From: Trichosphaerium sp. ATCC 40318
Lineage: Eukaryota; Protista; Tubulinea
NCBI GenBank assembly: GCA_038496445.1
Contig: JALMLS010000598.1
Span: 124,001 to 188,000 of the forward strand
DNA: 64,000 nucleotides
Direction of reading: 5' to 3'
Positions 50,558 through 64,000 of the stretch are shown here, piece after piece; within the stretch, counting starts at the first letter, position 1, and every line of letters begins with the position of its first letter. The translations under genes were made by a program, and so were the position numbers. The notes under the pieces were generated by a model. It searched no databases. It worked only from the letters and a program-made list of their open reading frames with translations, and was not told where the DNA came from.

Positions 50558-53500
50558 TTACCAGCTAAGAGATAGCTGATCGAATCGTTGTAGTACTTCA
50601 TGGGCAGCTACAACATCTTTTTGAACCTGCGTACGCTTATAAAAAATAGGACAATCGCGTGCAGCACAAATGACTTCTTGATGGAAACTTCCCTAAGAGA
50701 AAATCAGCCGACAATGTCAAGAATAGTCAATCGGTGAAGAAAAAAAAAAACACCGTTGCAGTCCGAAAAACAAAACGTACTTGGCATGATTGACAGTGCG
50801 TCCATAATCGAGAAAATTCATACTCTTTGGTTCTTAGAGATTCTAAATGCTTTTGATACTTCTCTGGTGCATGTGGGAGACAAGAAGAGCAGAGTTCATT
50901 ATCATCGTCGTTAAGTGGAGAACGGCAACCAAGACAGGTTGGTCTAACCTTCGCAAAGCCAAAGATACCACCCTTCTTTTGTTGACTTCTTGGCTTGACT
51001 CTCTTACGTGTATGCTCACCAGAGACTAAGTAATCGTAAGTAAGAATTTGCAATTGCAAAGCTCGGAAAAAAACAAGAAAGACAAAAGAAGAGACGTACA
51101 CAAAACTTTAGCAGCGTCTTTTCTGATAGGTTCAAAAATACGCAATAGTGGTTTCTTTAATTGCTGCTCTAGGTAATAATTCATATCTAGAGGAATACCA
51201 CTTTCCAGAACATATAGAGGATCTTCTGTTCTATCTGAGACACTATCTTTAGCGTTACCCTTTGAAAAAGTGTCAGAAAACGAGACTAAAATCCAAGCAA
51301 AGAAAAGAGCAATGACAACCTACCTGTACGATAACATAAGGTATTCTGTCACCAATTTTAGGTGCATTAGAAGGATTACGCTTTTTCATACGCTTAGCGA
51401 GTTCAACGTGAGCCTGAAGCATTCGTTAGGTTCACATTTTTGGAAAAAAAAAGAAAAGCTTACTTGTGTTGCTTTGTATTCCTCGGCCTTTTTAGACAGA
51501 GATTTTGTAATAACAAGCTGAGATAAATCTATTTCGTTGACAAGCAATTTACGAATTGTTTCTTGAACATACCTGAGAAAAGTATTAATAACATGAAGGA
51601 TGGGTAAAAAAACAAAAGTTTGTTTTCACAGAATAAAAAGCTTTATCAAAGCAATGATACTCTACGTACTTAATAGCAGCTTCAGTATCTTGTTTGATGA
51701 GTAAAAGATCAAGTGAACCTTCAACAACTTGTTTGACAAGTCGACAGACATCACGACGGATAGACTAGAAAAAAAATGAGTAAAAAACAGCCAATAACAA
51801 AAAAAAGCTGTTGGCGTTTTTTAACTTACTTCGATACCCTTGACATCAAGTTTATCTGGTTTATCTGGTTTGGTATACCATAATCCAGCGTAACGCTTCT
51901 TGGCAATGAGAAGATAAGGGTAGTAAACCTTTTCAAACTCAAGACTGATTGGTTTCTTGAAATGTTTTGTAACGTATTTAGCAGCTTCATGTCCTAACAC
52001 AAAAATCATTATTTCAACCTTCTTCTACTGTTTCTAGTAGTGGAGATATACATACCCAAATCGAGAGTCTGCTTAAGATCACTAAGACCGAATTTAATCA
52101 TGACAGAGTCAGTATCACCGTAAATAACTTTAGCGTCATGACTGAATCCTTCAGCAATACTATACTTTTTCTCTACAAGTTCTACTGTTTTTTGGATCAT
52201 GTCACGACCAAATGCAGTTACCGCTTTAGATACAGGTAGACAAGGTAGAGAACCAACAGTGGCACCAGTGAACCCGTATACCTAGTTCATTGATGAGTTC
52301 ACAAAGCGAAAAAAAAAGGTTCCGTACAGAGTTAGCACTTATTTTTAACGCCAATTGGCGACCATTTAGTACAGCCTTTCTGAATGGATCTGTTTCATTC
52401 TTCATATCTTTCTTGGCTTTAGCACGAGCCGTTAAGAGATTATGGAGAATTCCTGGTAAGATACCTATTGAAGAAAATTAAAAAACCGAGATTTCCCAAA
52501 AAGAAAGAAAGCTATCTTTATGCCTTACCCTTTTTCTTTGACGGTTTGACGAATTCGAACTTTTCCTGAGTTGGAGAGACTATGATATCATCTTTGGATA
52601 AAGTCTTTTAAACAATATATAAGCACATTATAGGAGTAGCTGTAGAAACAAAAGAGAACCAGGAAAGAATAAAAGTTGAAGAAAATTGCGTTTGAAAGGA
52701 TTTCTTGTTAACGTACTTGACGATCATGTGGCATAACACGTGTTGAGTAACAAAGATTATGAGCGATCATAATAGAAGGATACAAAGATGAGAAATCAAG
52801 TGTAGCAATAGGCTCGGTGTAAAATCCTTTTTTAGGTTCTACCACAATAGCTCCCTTATATTTCTTTCCACCAACGCCATCTACAGGTAATAGCATTAGA
52901 TATTGATATTCCCAGTACTTAAATAATGGAAATACAGCATTCATACCTGACTTCTCCTTGTGCAAGTACGGAATTAGTCTGTTTTGTGTTTTGGAGTGAC
53001 GGTAAATCTGAGAAACTACTTTAATAGACTGACCACGAGTGAGCAACCATGAGAATGGTACACCAGTCACACGAGCCATCTCTATGTAGTTGATAAAGCT
53101 CATGAGCTTGTCAAGAATACGAATAGGTAGCAGAGCATCCTATGAAAGGTTAGCAAAACAAACCAAGTTCGAAGAAAAAAAAAGCAATACCTTTAAACAA
53201 TACGATGCAACACGTCTTCTGTCCTCTTTGGTACCTTTCCAAAGAGTAGTGATCATGGAGTAATGTACATCCTCCTTTTGTTGGCCCAAGAATGTTGAGG
53301 CGACATTATTTAGTGAATAAGAGCGTAGTTTATCAGATCCTCTTTGTACAACCTTACGAGAAAAAGTCAGAGAAAATTCTTCAGTTCCAAGAAATAACAG
53401 TTTGTTGTGGCCGCTCTGGGCCTTAGCGACTTCTGAGAAAACGTACAATCATAGCGTCAAAGAATACACGTCCAAACATTGTAATTTGTGTACTCTCACC

Positions 53501-55228
53501 AAAGAAGGCTTGTGATTTAAAGGTGGATTTCTTCATTTTTGATAAGCTATCCTTTTGTCTTGATAAATTTGTAAAATCTGGGATCTTTAACGCTTCAGCG
53601 CGGTTGAAAAGGTATGGAATATCGAAATTATTTATATTGTAACCAGTAATAACATCAGGATCGCACTAAAAAGGATAAGAAACGGAGAAAAATACAATAA
53701 AAAAAATTAAAAAGTACCTCGCGAATAAAATCTGCCCAGGCACGTAATAAGTCTCTCTCAGAGTTGAAGCAACGGACATCAGCACCAAGGATAGATGCGG
53801 TATGATTTAAGCAGAAACAGTTACTTATAAACGGTTCACTTGATCCCTATTGCAAAAGTAAGAAAAAAATCGGAAATTCGTATCAAAAAACAAACAACGA
53901 AAATTGACGCTTCTTTGTGTACCTGCTCTTTGACAACATTACAAATATTAATTACTGGATCCAATTTAGCGTCTGGGAAAGCTCCATCTCTTCCAGCGCA
54001 TTCAATATCAAAACTGAGAATACGATATGGAGCGAGCTTCAACCACTTTCCTTCTGGAGCGTGAGAGATTAAGTCAGTGTACCATAAATCAATCTCGATT
54101 TGTGTAGTTGAGACTTTATCTTGCTAAAGCCGAGAGTGAGTATTTCAGTTGCGTAGATAAAGTACTAGAGAGAAACGTACAGCTGAAGGAAGATGGTACT
54201 TTCCAGCAGGAATCTCAATCCAGTTACCGCCAACGATGTCCATATCAACCATAAAACGCAGAGGAAAGAGAATATTGGATTCAAATGTTGGAAAAGCGTT
54301 TGAACCAATACGAGGAAGACTACCGATTTGACCATTTTCTAGAATTTCTAAAACAAGGGACGTGAGTGAGTAACTGAACACAAGTCTACAAAAAAATAAC
54401 AGAATAGAATTCGCGTAGCTACGTACTTCTTGCATGTGGTACTTGACCAGGTAGAGCCATTGTTATTCTGAAGTAAGGCACTAAAACATCGCCGTTGTAG
54501 CCCAAGATACTCGTCTTTTCTTCTATGCTGACTGCCATACAGTAGTCTGGAGTCTGGAGGTATTTCATGAACATCCCGCCGCGGACGGTTTGGTCTAGGC
54601 GTTGGCGCAAGTTTTCAGCCACCTCCATCAACTCTTCGTCGCTGAATCCTGCGCATGACTAGTTTGCAATGAGTGGCGATTGCTTTTGAAAAAAGCGAAT
54701 CTACAAAAATCCTAGAAACGCACCTTTGGTACTGGTGTGTAGAAATATGGCTTGAAACCGTATATTTTAGCGTTTACGCTGTGTCCTTCCTCAGTGATAC
54801 CATACATTCTAATCACAGGCACCTAATTGGTACAGTAAGTACGGCACAACGCAAAAACAACCATACCCTGTTTTGATTAGGCTTAAAATTTCGTTTAAAG
54901 TGAGGACTAGGCACTGTATTTGTATAGTCACAATCGAGCTGTTGGAATACTATACGATGTTAGTATAACGCATGGGGTGATAACGAAAGTGGAGGGATTT
55001 TTTAACAGCTAAACAATAATTTGAAAAATAACGGTTATGCGTACTAATTGTATCAGTAGTGGAATCTACTGGCTTCGCGAGTGGTTTACGTTGCCATCGT
55101 TTACGCTCTTGTACGTTTTGTACTTTTTGTTTTTCTACCTCGTCTTGATCGGATAGTTTAGCACCAACGTTAAGCTTCTTTGCTTGTTTGTTTACGGTTG
55201 GTGCGAGCTTTCGCTTACGAGATGCCAT
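50558..55228 (-). CDS. POLD1: DNA polymerase delta catalytic subunit (multi-exon)
   Basis: [59 protein letters not shown]-terminal CLGC..CSSC and [15 protein letters not shown] metal sites. Confidence 0.97.
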
Positions 55229-55347
55229 TGTTTCAAAATGTGGTTAAAAAAGTAGCGGCAAAAATTTACAAAAAATCAACTTTTACCAACCGAAGTCAAC
55301 GCAATTATTTTGTCTAGCTAATCCCACATCACATCTAGGCTATCACA

Positions 55348-56241
55348 ATGAAGTACGTATAATTAGCGAATTTAAACCACTATTAACCCAAAGTCGCCGG
55401 ATTTTTACTGTTTTCGCTCATCTCTTCATTTTTTCTTCAATCGGCTTTTTACGTTTAGCGATTGCGCCACGCGTTTGCTGTTTCGTTGTAGCCTTTTAGT
55501 ATGGAGTAAAATACAATTTTTCCACAGAGCGTTCTGTTGTAAAATACTATCGCTCTCTTTGTAATTTCGCGTTTGACGCAGTGTTACAATGTTTTCTACT
55601 GCTTTTCTCCTGATCTATTTAACAACGCTTTCAGGACCGAATTGTGCAGTTTTTCGCAGCGTAGGATTTATCCTGGCCATGGTATGACTTATGTCAGGAC
55701 TAACCTCCAGGTACACGCCAAAAAAAACTTTAATTGTCGCTTACTCGCTACCAGCTCCTCAATTTCCAAGTACAAGGATCCAGAAAGTACGTTATCAACA
55801 AGAAAAAGAATCCACGTTTCGTACGATGGACTGTTGTATACCGTAAGGTCAACAAAAAGGTGCGTGCACTCATGATCTCCCTTTATACGACCTTTTATGC
55901 GTTTTGACGTATTACTCTGAAATTCTTTGCCTATTGCGTGTTAGCTGCGTATTCGTCACTAACGAACTCCCTTCTAGGGTAACTACAAAGTTGTAAAAAG
56001 GAGAAAGGTCACACGCCGTATGACTAAGCGCGAGAGAGCTTACGTTGGCGCCACAGTTGAGAACATGCGACAAAGGAAATCCAAAGCCTCCAAAGCTAAA
56101 GAAGACAAATCTGTCCTCGAAAAAGTCAAAGCCCGCAAAGCCGAGCAAGCTAAGAGAAAGGCACAACTTAAGGCCGCAAGACAAGAATACAAGGCTGCTT
56201 TCAAACGTGGTGGCATGAAGGGAAGAAAAGATCGCTTCTAA
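55348..56241 (+). CDS. RPL24: 60S ribosomal protein eL24
   Basis: MKTELCSFSQRRIYPGHG..KKNPRFVRWTVVYRKVNKK..RAYVGAT, basic tail. Confidence 0.93.
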
Positions 56242-56457
56242 ATAATAAACCTTGTAGAATTGTTTTTGCCAAAATTCGTGTATTTTATTTGTACTGGAAA
56301 CCGGTTGAAAGAATTTGATTATGTTGTGGGAGTTCAACAAAAGTATGAGCAGTTTAATGGTCTTTGAGAATAATATCTTGCTTCACGTAAACGATTTCTG
56401 TATTTGGTCAATTGAATACGCCACGCTTTTTGTAAGGCTTGATATTAAACGTGTAGC

Positions 56458-58755
56458 ATGGCAAACAAATTTTCTGGCGCTGTACAACTCACAGGGTTGG
56501 ATGATCATATTCGACCAGCAACGGTATTTATTGTGCATCTAAACGTTATGTAACGTGGTATTTAGGCGTGTACACAGCCTGTCAAGATAGATAATACTCC
56601 TGGGAGCAAAGTACGCTTGTACCCTGTAAATGCCGCTGATTTGTCCGCTGTAGGTAAAAGAGATTGTTAGAAACGCAGATGGAACGTATACACAGGTTAA
56701 TCGAGATGGAAGTACAAAACAGCTACAAAAGGCTGAAATAAAACTACATGACTGTTTAGCTTGCAGGTAAGTTGTGTTTTAAACGTTATCATGAACAGAA
56801 TTGTACAGCAATCAATAACAAATGTTAGTGGGTGTATAACTACGTCTGAAAGTGTGTTGATCGAAGCACAGAGCACAGAAGAATTTCTGAAGCGGATAAA
56901 GGGTCAAGACACTACGATCGTTTCAATATCTCCACAAGCCTGCGCTTCCATTGCAGATCGCTACAAAATTTCAAGCGCAGCTGTACGTGTCACCCTGTGT
57001 TTGAATTCTCCGTTCCGAGTTTAAAATAACCTCTGACGCGGTTTTAGGCGTTTAAGAAGCTCATTACATTATTTAAAGATATTGGCGCTAAAGCGGTCTT
57101 TGGCACTAACTTTGCTCGCGATTTTTCTTTACTAGAGATCGCCCAAGGTACATTTAAACCATACAACATACTAAAGATACATATGTCGTTCGTTTGTGAC
57201 TATTGTTACCATGTATCGTAGTGGTTACCGGCATAAAACAAGTATTACATTTTTTTAATTTTTTGTAGATTTTGTACGTAGGTATAAAGCCCGACAAGAG
57301 TCTAAAACTCAAGATGCTATGGATGTAGACTCTGTTGGCGGGTTACCGTTACTTTCTAGTTCATGTCCAGGTTAGTAAACAACCTTTTTTTTTGCTTTTT
57401 TTTTGAATGTTTTTCAGGTTGGGTTTGTTATGCTGAAAAGAAAGAAGATGGTTTCTTGTTACCTTATATATCACCTATAAAATCACCGCAGCAAGTAATG
57501 GGATCTATCATAAAGGACTTTTATGGCAAACAAATCGGTTTAAAGTGCGTTTTTTTGCTTCCCATTACGAGGTCTTAGGCGTTTCGCTTAAAAACTCAGC
57601 TCTTTCTGTTTGTGCTTGTTGTATTATATTATAGGCATCTTATATAATATATTTAGACCTTCTGAGATATTCCATGTGACCGTAATGCCGTGCTATGATA
57701 AGAAACTTGAAGCCAGTAGAAAAGAATTTTTTAGTGATGTTTTAAATGCACATGATGTTGATCACGTTATTACAACAGAAGAGCTTTATAAAATGATTCA
57801 AGAGCAAGACATAAAGTTTGATGAAATAAAGGAGAGTCCAATTCCAGAACAGTACGCAGTAGGAAGTAACAAACTTGAACTCTAACTTTTTTCTTTCAAA
57901 AATAGGTTTACAACAATGCAACCAGATGGTGCTTCGTTTGGTATGCCTGGTGGATCTGGTGGGTATCTAGAGTATGTATTACGATATGCGTTACGTACTT
58001 TATACGGTGAGAAGTTACAAGAGCTGAGTTTTACGTATGGACGTAAAGGTAGGAATAAAAATTGGGGCGAGACGGAAGTTAAGGTACTATTCTTTTGTTT
58101 TAAGTCGGATCTGTTTAATTGCTTGTTGATGCAACTCGTACTGATTTTTTATTTTTTCAATAAAATAGTTCAACGGAGAGGTAGTTTTTAGATTTGCGTT
58201 TGCATATGGGTTTAGAAATATCACAACTTTGATTAAAAAGATGAAGAAAGGTGATTGTAATTTCGACTTTGTAGAAGTCATGGCATGCCCTAAAGGTACT
58301 TGAGCTAATTTATATATATATACCTCAATTAACTATGTAATAGGGTGTCTAAACGGTGGGGGACAAATAAAGCCTGAACAACCAGACAACGGTGAGTTTT
58401 TTGTTCGAAACGTTTTACAGTTTTTTTTTTTGGACATTTTGTTGTTCACGTATTCAGCGTCACGTGACATTTGATCATAAATTTGTAAAATGTTATTCTT
58501 TTTATTGTGTAAACCGTTTTTTTCCATTGAGCGTTTTGCTGACTGTTGTTAAAAGGTAATAAAATGGTTGCACGTCTTCGAACGTTATATAGCAAACAAT
58601 CCTATAGGGAACCTGAAGACAACCCAGAATTCAGTAAACTATACAAAGAATGGCTTGGTAATCCTCAGAGTCAAAAGGCCCGCGATATACTGTACACTAG
58701 TTACAACTTCATTCCAAGTATTGAAGTCACTAACCCGCTCGCAATAAAATGGTGA
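56458..58755 (+). CDS. CIAO3: Cytosolic Fe-S assembly factor NAR1/NARFL
   Basis: [80 protein letters not shown], ends IKW. Confidence 0.95.
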
Positions 58756-58951
58756 TGTATCAACAAGAGCAACAAAAAACACAAGCCCAAGAACTTTTTT
58801 ATTAAATTAATACACGTGTGCACGTGTTAAGAGATTTATTGATGATGAATAAATGTAGAAGAACAACTAATAACGAAAATGGAACGTTTTATTTAATTTT
58901 TTTTCAACAAATTTTTTTTTTGAAACAAGGATTTCTTCTTTAATGGGTTAT

Positions 58952-60315
58952 CTAGCTCTTATTCATTTCTAATCTTTTAAGAACACCTTCATCAGTGATA
59001 TTGGTACCATTGTATACTATTTTCTTCAGATTTTCAAGTTGAGAGATGCCTTCGTTGGTCAAGTTCTTACAGTTGATCACGTTTAGCTTCTCAACTTTTT
59101 TCAGATACTTGATTCCTTCGTCGGTGATGAATTCACAGTTGCTTAGTGTAACTTCGACAGCTGTACTACCGATGTACTTCAGGCCTTCATCTGCGATGCG
59201 ATGGCAATCTGATATATCGATAGAATAGACACCAGCCAAGTGCTTCAAGCCAGCATCGTTGGTTGGAGTATTTCTCAATTTAATCGTCTTAACACCTGCA
59301 AGAGCTTTAAGGCCGGCATCTGTCACTCCAGTGTTGTTAAGGTGTATTTCCTCTACTCCTTTTAGAGATTTAAGACCTTCATCCGTAATGTTGTAGCAGC
59401 CATCAAGGCAAACCGATTTGGCGCTAGAGATATATTTCAAGCCTACGTCAGTGATGTTGTCACATAGCGACAATCCGATTGTGTGTACTCCAGAGAGCTC
59501 CTTAATGCCGTCATCTGTGACAGAAGATGAATCTAGGTGTATGGCGTATACACCTGCTAGAGCATTGACATCTGTAATGGTTTTGCATCCTGCTAGCATG
59601 ATTTCATGAATACCCGCAAGCTGCGCGACAGTGTTATTCGAAACGTCACAGCATGTGAGATCCGCGCGTTTGAGGTTTGTAAGGAATCGTACACCGTCAA
59701 CAGCTTCTTCACACTCTTCTATTTGTATAGTCTTCAGATTGGTAAGAGATCGAAGACCATTCTCGGTTATGGTATCGCAAGCGGCAAGCATTAGATGTTC
59801 GAGTGAACCACTTAAGGCAGTTAAGGTATCATCAGTTAAGTTATCGTTTGCAATGATGCAAACTGATTTTACGCCTTTGAGAGATTTCATTGCTTCGTCT
59901 GAAACTTCGTCGCCTTTGATACTTACTGTCGTATTGCGTATTAAAGGAGTTTTTGCGAACTCAAGTAGCGGCTCGTTTTGGGTAAAGTAGACAACTTTGT
60001 AGCCGACGTTGTTGTGAACGCTGGCGTGTATGCGTTTGCAAGTTTGAGCTGCTGCGAGTCTTGTGTTGGTGTCGCCAAACTTTAAGATGAGAGAAAGTAC
60101 TTCTGTTGGTTGATCGAGGAGTCCTAGTACGTTGGAGATGTTGTCTGACGCGCTAGGGAGACTGTGAGTACAAAGTAGCGCGAAACCCAAAAGCAACTTT
60201 TTATGATTGATATTTTGAAGTGTGACGGAAAGTTGGATGAAAACGTAGGAGACAACCGCAAGGGAACAAAGGAATAAAATTCTAGTTGGAACACGTACTT
60301 GGTAGTATTGTTCAT
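58952..60315 (-). CDS. F-box + LRR protein; micro-exon 60315-60299, exon 60161-58952
   Basis: MNNTTN splices in frame (GTACGT..CAG) to LLDQPTEVLSLIL; same LRR type as the left-hand array. Confidence 0.88.
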
Positions 60316-61518
60316 GGTAAATGGAGTAATAAGGGTTGATTGATATTGTGGAAGCGTTTTGTTGATTGACAAGTTGCGTTGATGCGTTAGAGCTGTAAAA
60401 AATGAATAGAACTTAGCGCTGTCGTGACTTAGCGGAATCATGATTGATAAGTTGAACTTAACCCGGAAATCGCTAAGCGCCACTACCAAATATAGATATT
60501 TGAAAAAACACTATTTGCTAAGAGTGTACTGTATCAATGTTTCTGAGTTGCTTGGTGCTATGTACGTTGTTTTGACTGCGTTACCAAAAAAGCATGTCTT
60601 GAATACGTCACCGATGTGCTTTATTTGGCGTGAGAGAAGTGTATGGGCTATTTAGAAAGCAAAGCAACATGTTTAGTTTGTTTTTGTGCTGAACAGTTCG
60701 TTACTTTTACGCAATGGATGTGCAGCGCGTAGCGCTATCTAATCGCGTAGAAAAACCGATAGAAAGAGTTCTTTAAAGTCTTGTGCTCGATTCACATTGA
60801 ACATGAGAATACGTGTAGCTACGTTGCTTGTCATGATTTGACCATTGCCCAAACTCACAGGCAAGTTAGGCGAAAGCGCCCTCATTTATTTATACAAATT
60901 AGCAACTGTCTATCATACGCCCATTTATTAAAGGCATCGTTTCGGCTTTTAACAGGCGAAATACTCAAAGTGGAAGCTGAGAAAGCGCTTTCAACTTGAT
61001 AAGACAACGTAATAGAGTCTGTTTAATCTTATGTCGTCTCAAAAGCTTACCTGAACAAGAAGAACACAAATTGAGGAGTAAGTAAGTAAGGGGTATTTGT
61101 TGGGGCACAAATTGAGGATATAGCTCTTGGCTTGACCGCTGGTCTTGAGACCTTGGTTTTGTGAAGCCTGATAGACAAGATCAACACTCACAGTTGTGTA
61201 CAAACCTATATTAGTTCATTTACAGCTGATCAAGATTGTAGGTTTGCTAGTTAGTGCCTTAATCTTTTTTGTCTATAATCCGGGTCAACTTCTTTGTATG
61301 AAAAGTACTACGCTTGTGCAATGTGAGTATATCGAGCTCAGCGTAGTTCATTACAAATTCCCTTGTGTACATATTAATAACTTAACCGTAATTGCTTTCT
61401 CTACTGTTTAATAGATTTCACCGAGTTTTAAGATTTTTTCACGTATCCTACAATTACAAGTACCGGAAAAACTCAAACATCCGGCTAACTCTTAAAAACG
61501 AATTTATCTATACTAAGC

Positions 61519-61953
61519 ATGCACTTCATCACGTTATTATTCGCTCTTCTACTTGCTGTGTCCATTGGGGTAAACAGTAAAGCCGCCAAAAGATCTGGCA
61601 CGTGTCAAGATGTTATAAACACTCAAGTATCTTGGATGGCTGTATTTAATGGTGTTGTGGCAACAGGAACAGCGAAATACTTCCCAAATGGCACCTTGGT
61701 AACTTACGATCTCTCTGGAGCGCTAGTTAACACAGGGACTTACAACATTACTGAAAAAGATGGCTGGTGTTACGAATACGAGCAATACACATACCCGCCT
61801 GGCGCTTCACCAACCTGTAACACGTGGTTGCCTCCAGTAGATGGTACGTTTGTTGGTTGTGAGATCTTTGGTGACAAGTGTTTTGAAGCTTGCAAAACAG
61901 AAGGTCAATGGAAAAACTGGTATGCAGCCAGGATAATCACGACTTTACAATAA
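61519..61953 (+). CDS. Small secreted Cys-containing protein, intronless
   Basis: Signal peptide MHFITLLFALLLAVSIG, six Cys; family not recognised. Confidence 0.75.
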   Translation: MHFITLLFALLLAVSIGVNSKAAKRSGTCQDVINTQVSWMAVFNGVVATGTAKYFPNGTLVTYDLSGALVNTGTYNITEKDGWCYEYEQYTYPPGASPTCNTWLPPVDGTFVGCEIFGDKCFEACKTEGQWKNWYAARIITTLQ

Positions 61954-62512
61954 AAATCGATTGTCGACTGATCACAAAATGCTGTAACATCTCAATCAGA
62001 ATTTGTATTTTTATAATACTCCTCAATAAAGTGTTTTACATATTTAGAGTCATTCCGTTTCGGGCTTGTAGCTATAGTTTGGAGTACAAAAGCTTAAGCG
62101 GGTATCACATCAAGGCTCTAGAGCACAGAAGAGCTGGTTTGTCATTGGGTATTAGAAATAAATACAAGAAAATAGTAAGAAATGTGGTTGCTATCATAAT
62201 GTTTGTGCTCATCTCAACGTAAAATACAAAACTGATTCCCTTAATATTGATTCACATCGTTTTTAGCGGGTCACTTGGAACAATAACAAACGTCTTGATA
62301 GGATTTTCCCTTATGGCAGTTGCTACGACTTTAACCTTGGGGCAGTTGGTATCTAGGTGCTACGCCCAGTGCACATAGCACATTTGTTGATATTTTCATT
62401 TTGCAATCAAAAGCTGAAAGCAGAAGTTCAAGCATTATCTGGTTATTCAAAACGGCATTAGATACGAAAGGAATGTATTTTAACAACATGAGTGCACTGC
62501 TGTATTACATGA

Positions 62513-63818
62513 CTAGCGTCTTAACAGTTCTATGCGAGCATTGGAATCAATAACTGCATCACTACATGGCAAAACTGTAAATAGCGTTGGTTCTGCGATA
62601 CCACATACACCTTTAAAAAGGAGTAAATGTCTGCATAAAAATGATAGTACAAAGTAACAAAAGTACAAAGGTGGTCTTCCAGATATGCTGTGAATTGATC
62701 CACTTGTTTGTAAGGACGAATAAGTTATGTCAGCCTTTAATTCAGCCGCAGTTGGTCCTAAAACTGTACAAGTCAAAACACAATACAACTGCAAGTCTTT
62801 CAACATACATGAAGCGACAAAGTCAAAGCTACAAATGCCCTCATAAGTACTTGCAACAACAAGACCATTTCTAGTATCCATCATATCAACTTTTCCTGTC
62901 TCGCACATTCTAGAAGAGGCGTCCACTCTCCCAATTGATGTTGGTATGATAAACTCAACATCTGAAAGACCTGTTATGTCTATACAACTGAGTTGTACAG
63001 TGACTCTTTGGCCTACCCACAATCAATAACACTACTGGTATTTTTTTTAACTGTACCTCCCCTTACTGATGTGACAGGCATTCCGTTTACCCAAAATGAG
63101 TGCTCACACACCATCCCTGTTGTAGCACATAAGGTTTCAATCGTATAAGTTCTTGTCATAGTTGAAGGGAGAGCATTTGATGTAAAGAAAGAAAAGTCAA
63201 GGTTGCTTAGGCTCTCAAGAGTAACTTGTTGTGGTAGTTGTGGACAAAATCTAAACCCTTCAGGACTTGCGGAAGTAACTGCAAAACCACCGGGGACATT
63301 AAAAGATATTGTGGATCGAATTGGAGAGCTAAGGAAGAAACTGTAGCACTCTAAATTATACAAAATCAGGTAGTATAATTCATGACGTGTGAAGATAGTT
63401 TGATTCAAATAGATTGATGTAACCAAAAAAGTAATTATTTTCTTGAAAGAAAACACGTGATTAACGTACGAACACCCAAAGATGAACCATCAACTGGCAT
63501 AGGCGATACATACGATAAAGTACAAGTGCCAGTGACATCTACACCCATCACAACTGTTAAAACGCCATCTGCTATCGAGCAAATAATGGTGGTCATCGAA
63601 TTAGAAGGATTTGAATCAAGCCGTGCTGTTAGCGTTCTTGTTCCTCCAAATACATCCGAAATTGTCTGGGTCATGGTATCTTCGGTTCTTGGTGTGGTTG
63701 CAGTTACTGTAGCGGCAGTGGTAAATGGATCAATGAAACGTGTTGTAATTAGCGATTGACCCATTGCCACAGCAAAGAAAAACCAAAAGTAAGTTATTGA
63801 TACACGAGCAACTGTCAT
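62513..63818 (-). CDS. Secreted Thr/Ser-rich beta-rich protein (multi-exon)
   Basis: Signal peptide MTVARVSITYFWFFFAVAMG; three ORFs joinable by short GT-AG introns; 3' end uncertain. Confidence 0.6.
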
Positions 63819-64000
63819 TGTTTTGCTCCTAAGGGTTGTGATAACTGGCAGATTTAAAGGTGATTAATTGTGTTCTCATTTTTTTCATTTATGACTGAAC
63901 ATGAAAGACATTTCAGACGTTTGGTCAGAACGAACTTGACTATCAAATTGTGACCAACAAGACCAACTCAGGATAGCAAGCAGAAATCACCCTCCCACCG

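Noticed and set aside
50558-55228. Viral or Polinton family B polymerase
   Set aside because: Many introns and C-terminal CysA/CysB motifs identify cellular Pol delta
55865-55925. C/D snoRNA in an RPL24 intron
   Set aside because: CTGA is present but the C box (ATGATCT) is poor, there is no terminal stem and no recognisable guide
61066-61120. Direct repeat cacaaattgagga x2
   Set aside because: Only two 13-bp copies with no supporting structure

Overview
AT-rich (roughly 35% GC), gene-dense nuclear DNA of a eukaryotic microbe. It has many short GT-AG introns (donors often GTACGT, branch points CTAAY) and the standard genetic code; the gene content suggests an amoebozoan-like phagotrophic protist (inference). 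The right two thirds is mostly ordinary intron-rich genes: POLD1, RPL24, CIAO1, CIAO3/NAR1, a flavin amine oxidase, a METTL21-like methyltransferase, an NRF-6 acyltransferase, a Frizzled-like GPCR and DUF4112. The left ~23 kb is a dynamic accessory zone. It holds a tandemly duplicated ~3.7 kb cassette of F-box-MORN and F-box-LRR genes whose N-termini are nearly identical while their repeat surfaces have diverged, and it is surrounded by loose LRR/MORN fragments, transposon remnants and captured gene pieces. Top candidates for undescribed systems: (1) a Reeler + membrane anchor + internal signal peptide + His-brace LPMO-like polyprotein (18926-22079); (2) a protein with six ~75-aa helical repeats ending in a PD-(D/E)XK/RAP-like nuclease domain (45645-49075), plus a paralogue with no visible nuclease; (3) the diversifying F-box repeat-receptor array. 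All exon models were spliced by eye, so boundaries of multi-exon genes are approximate.
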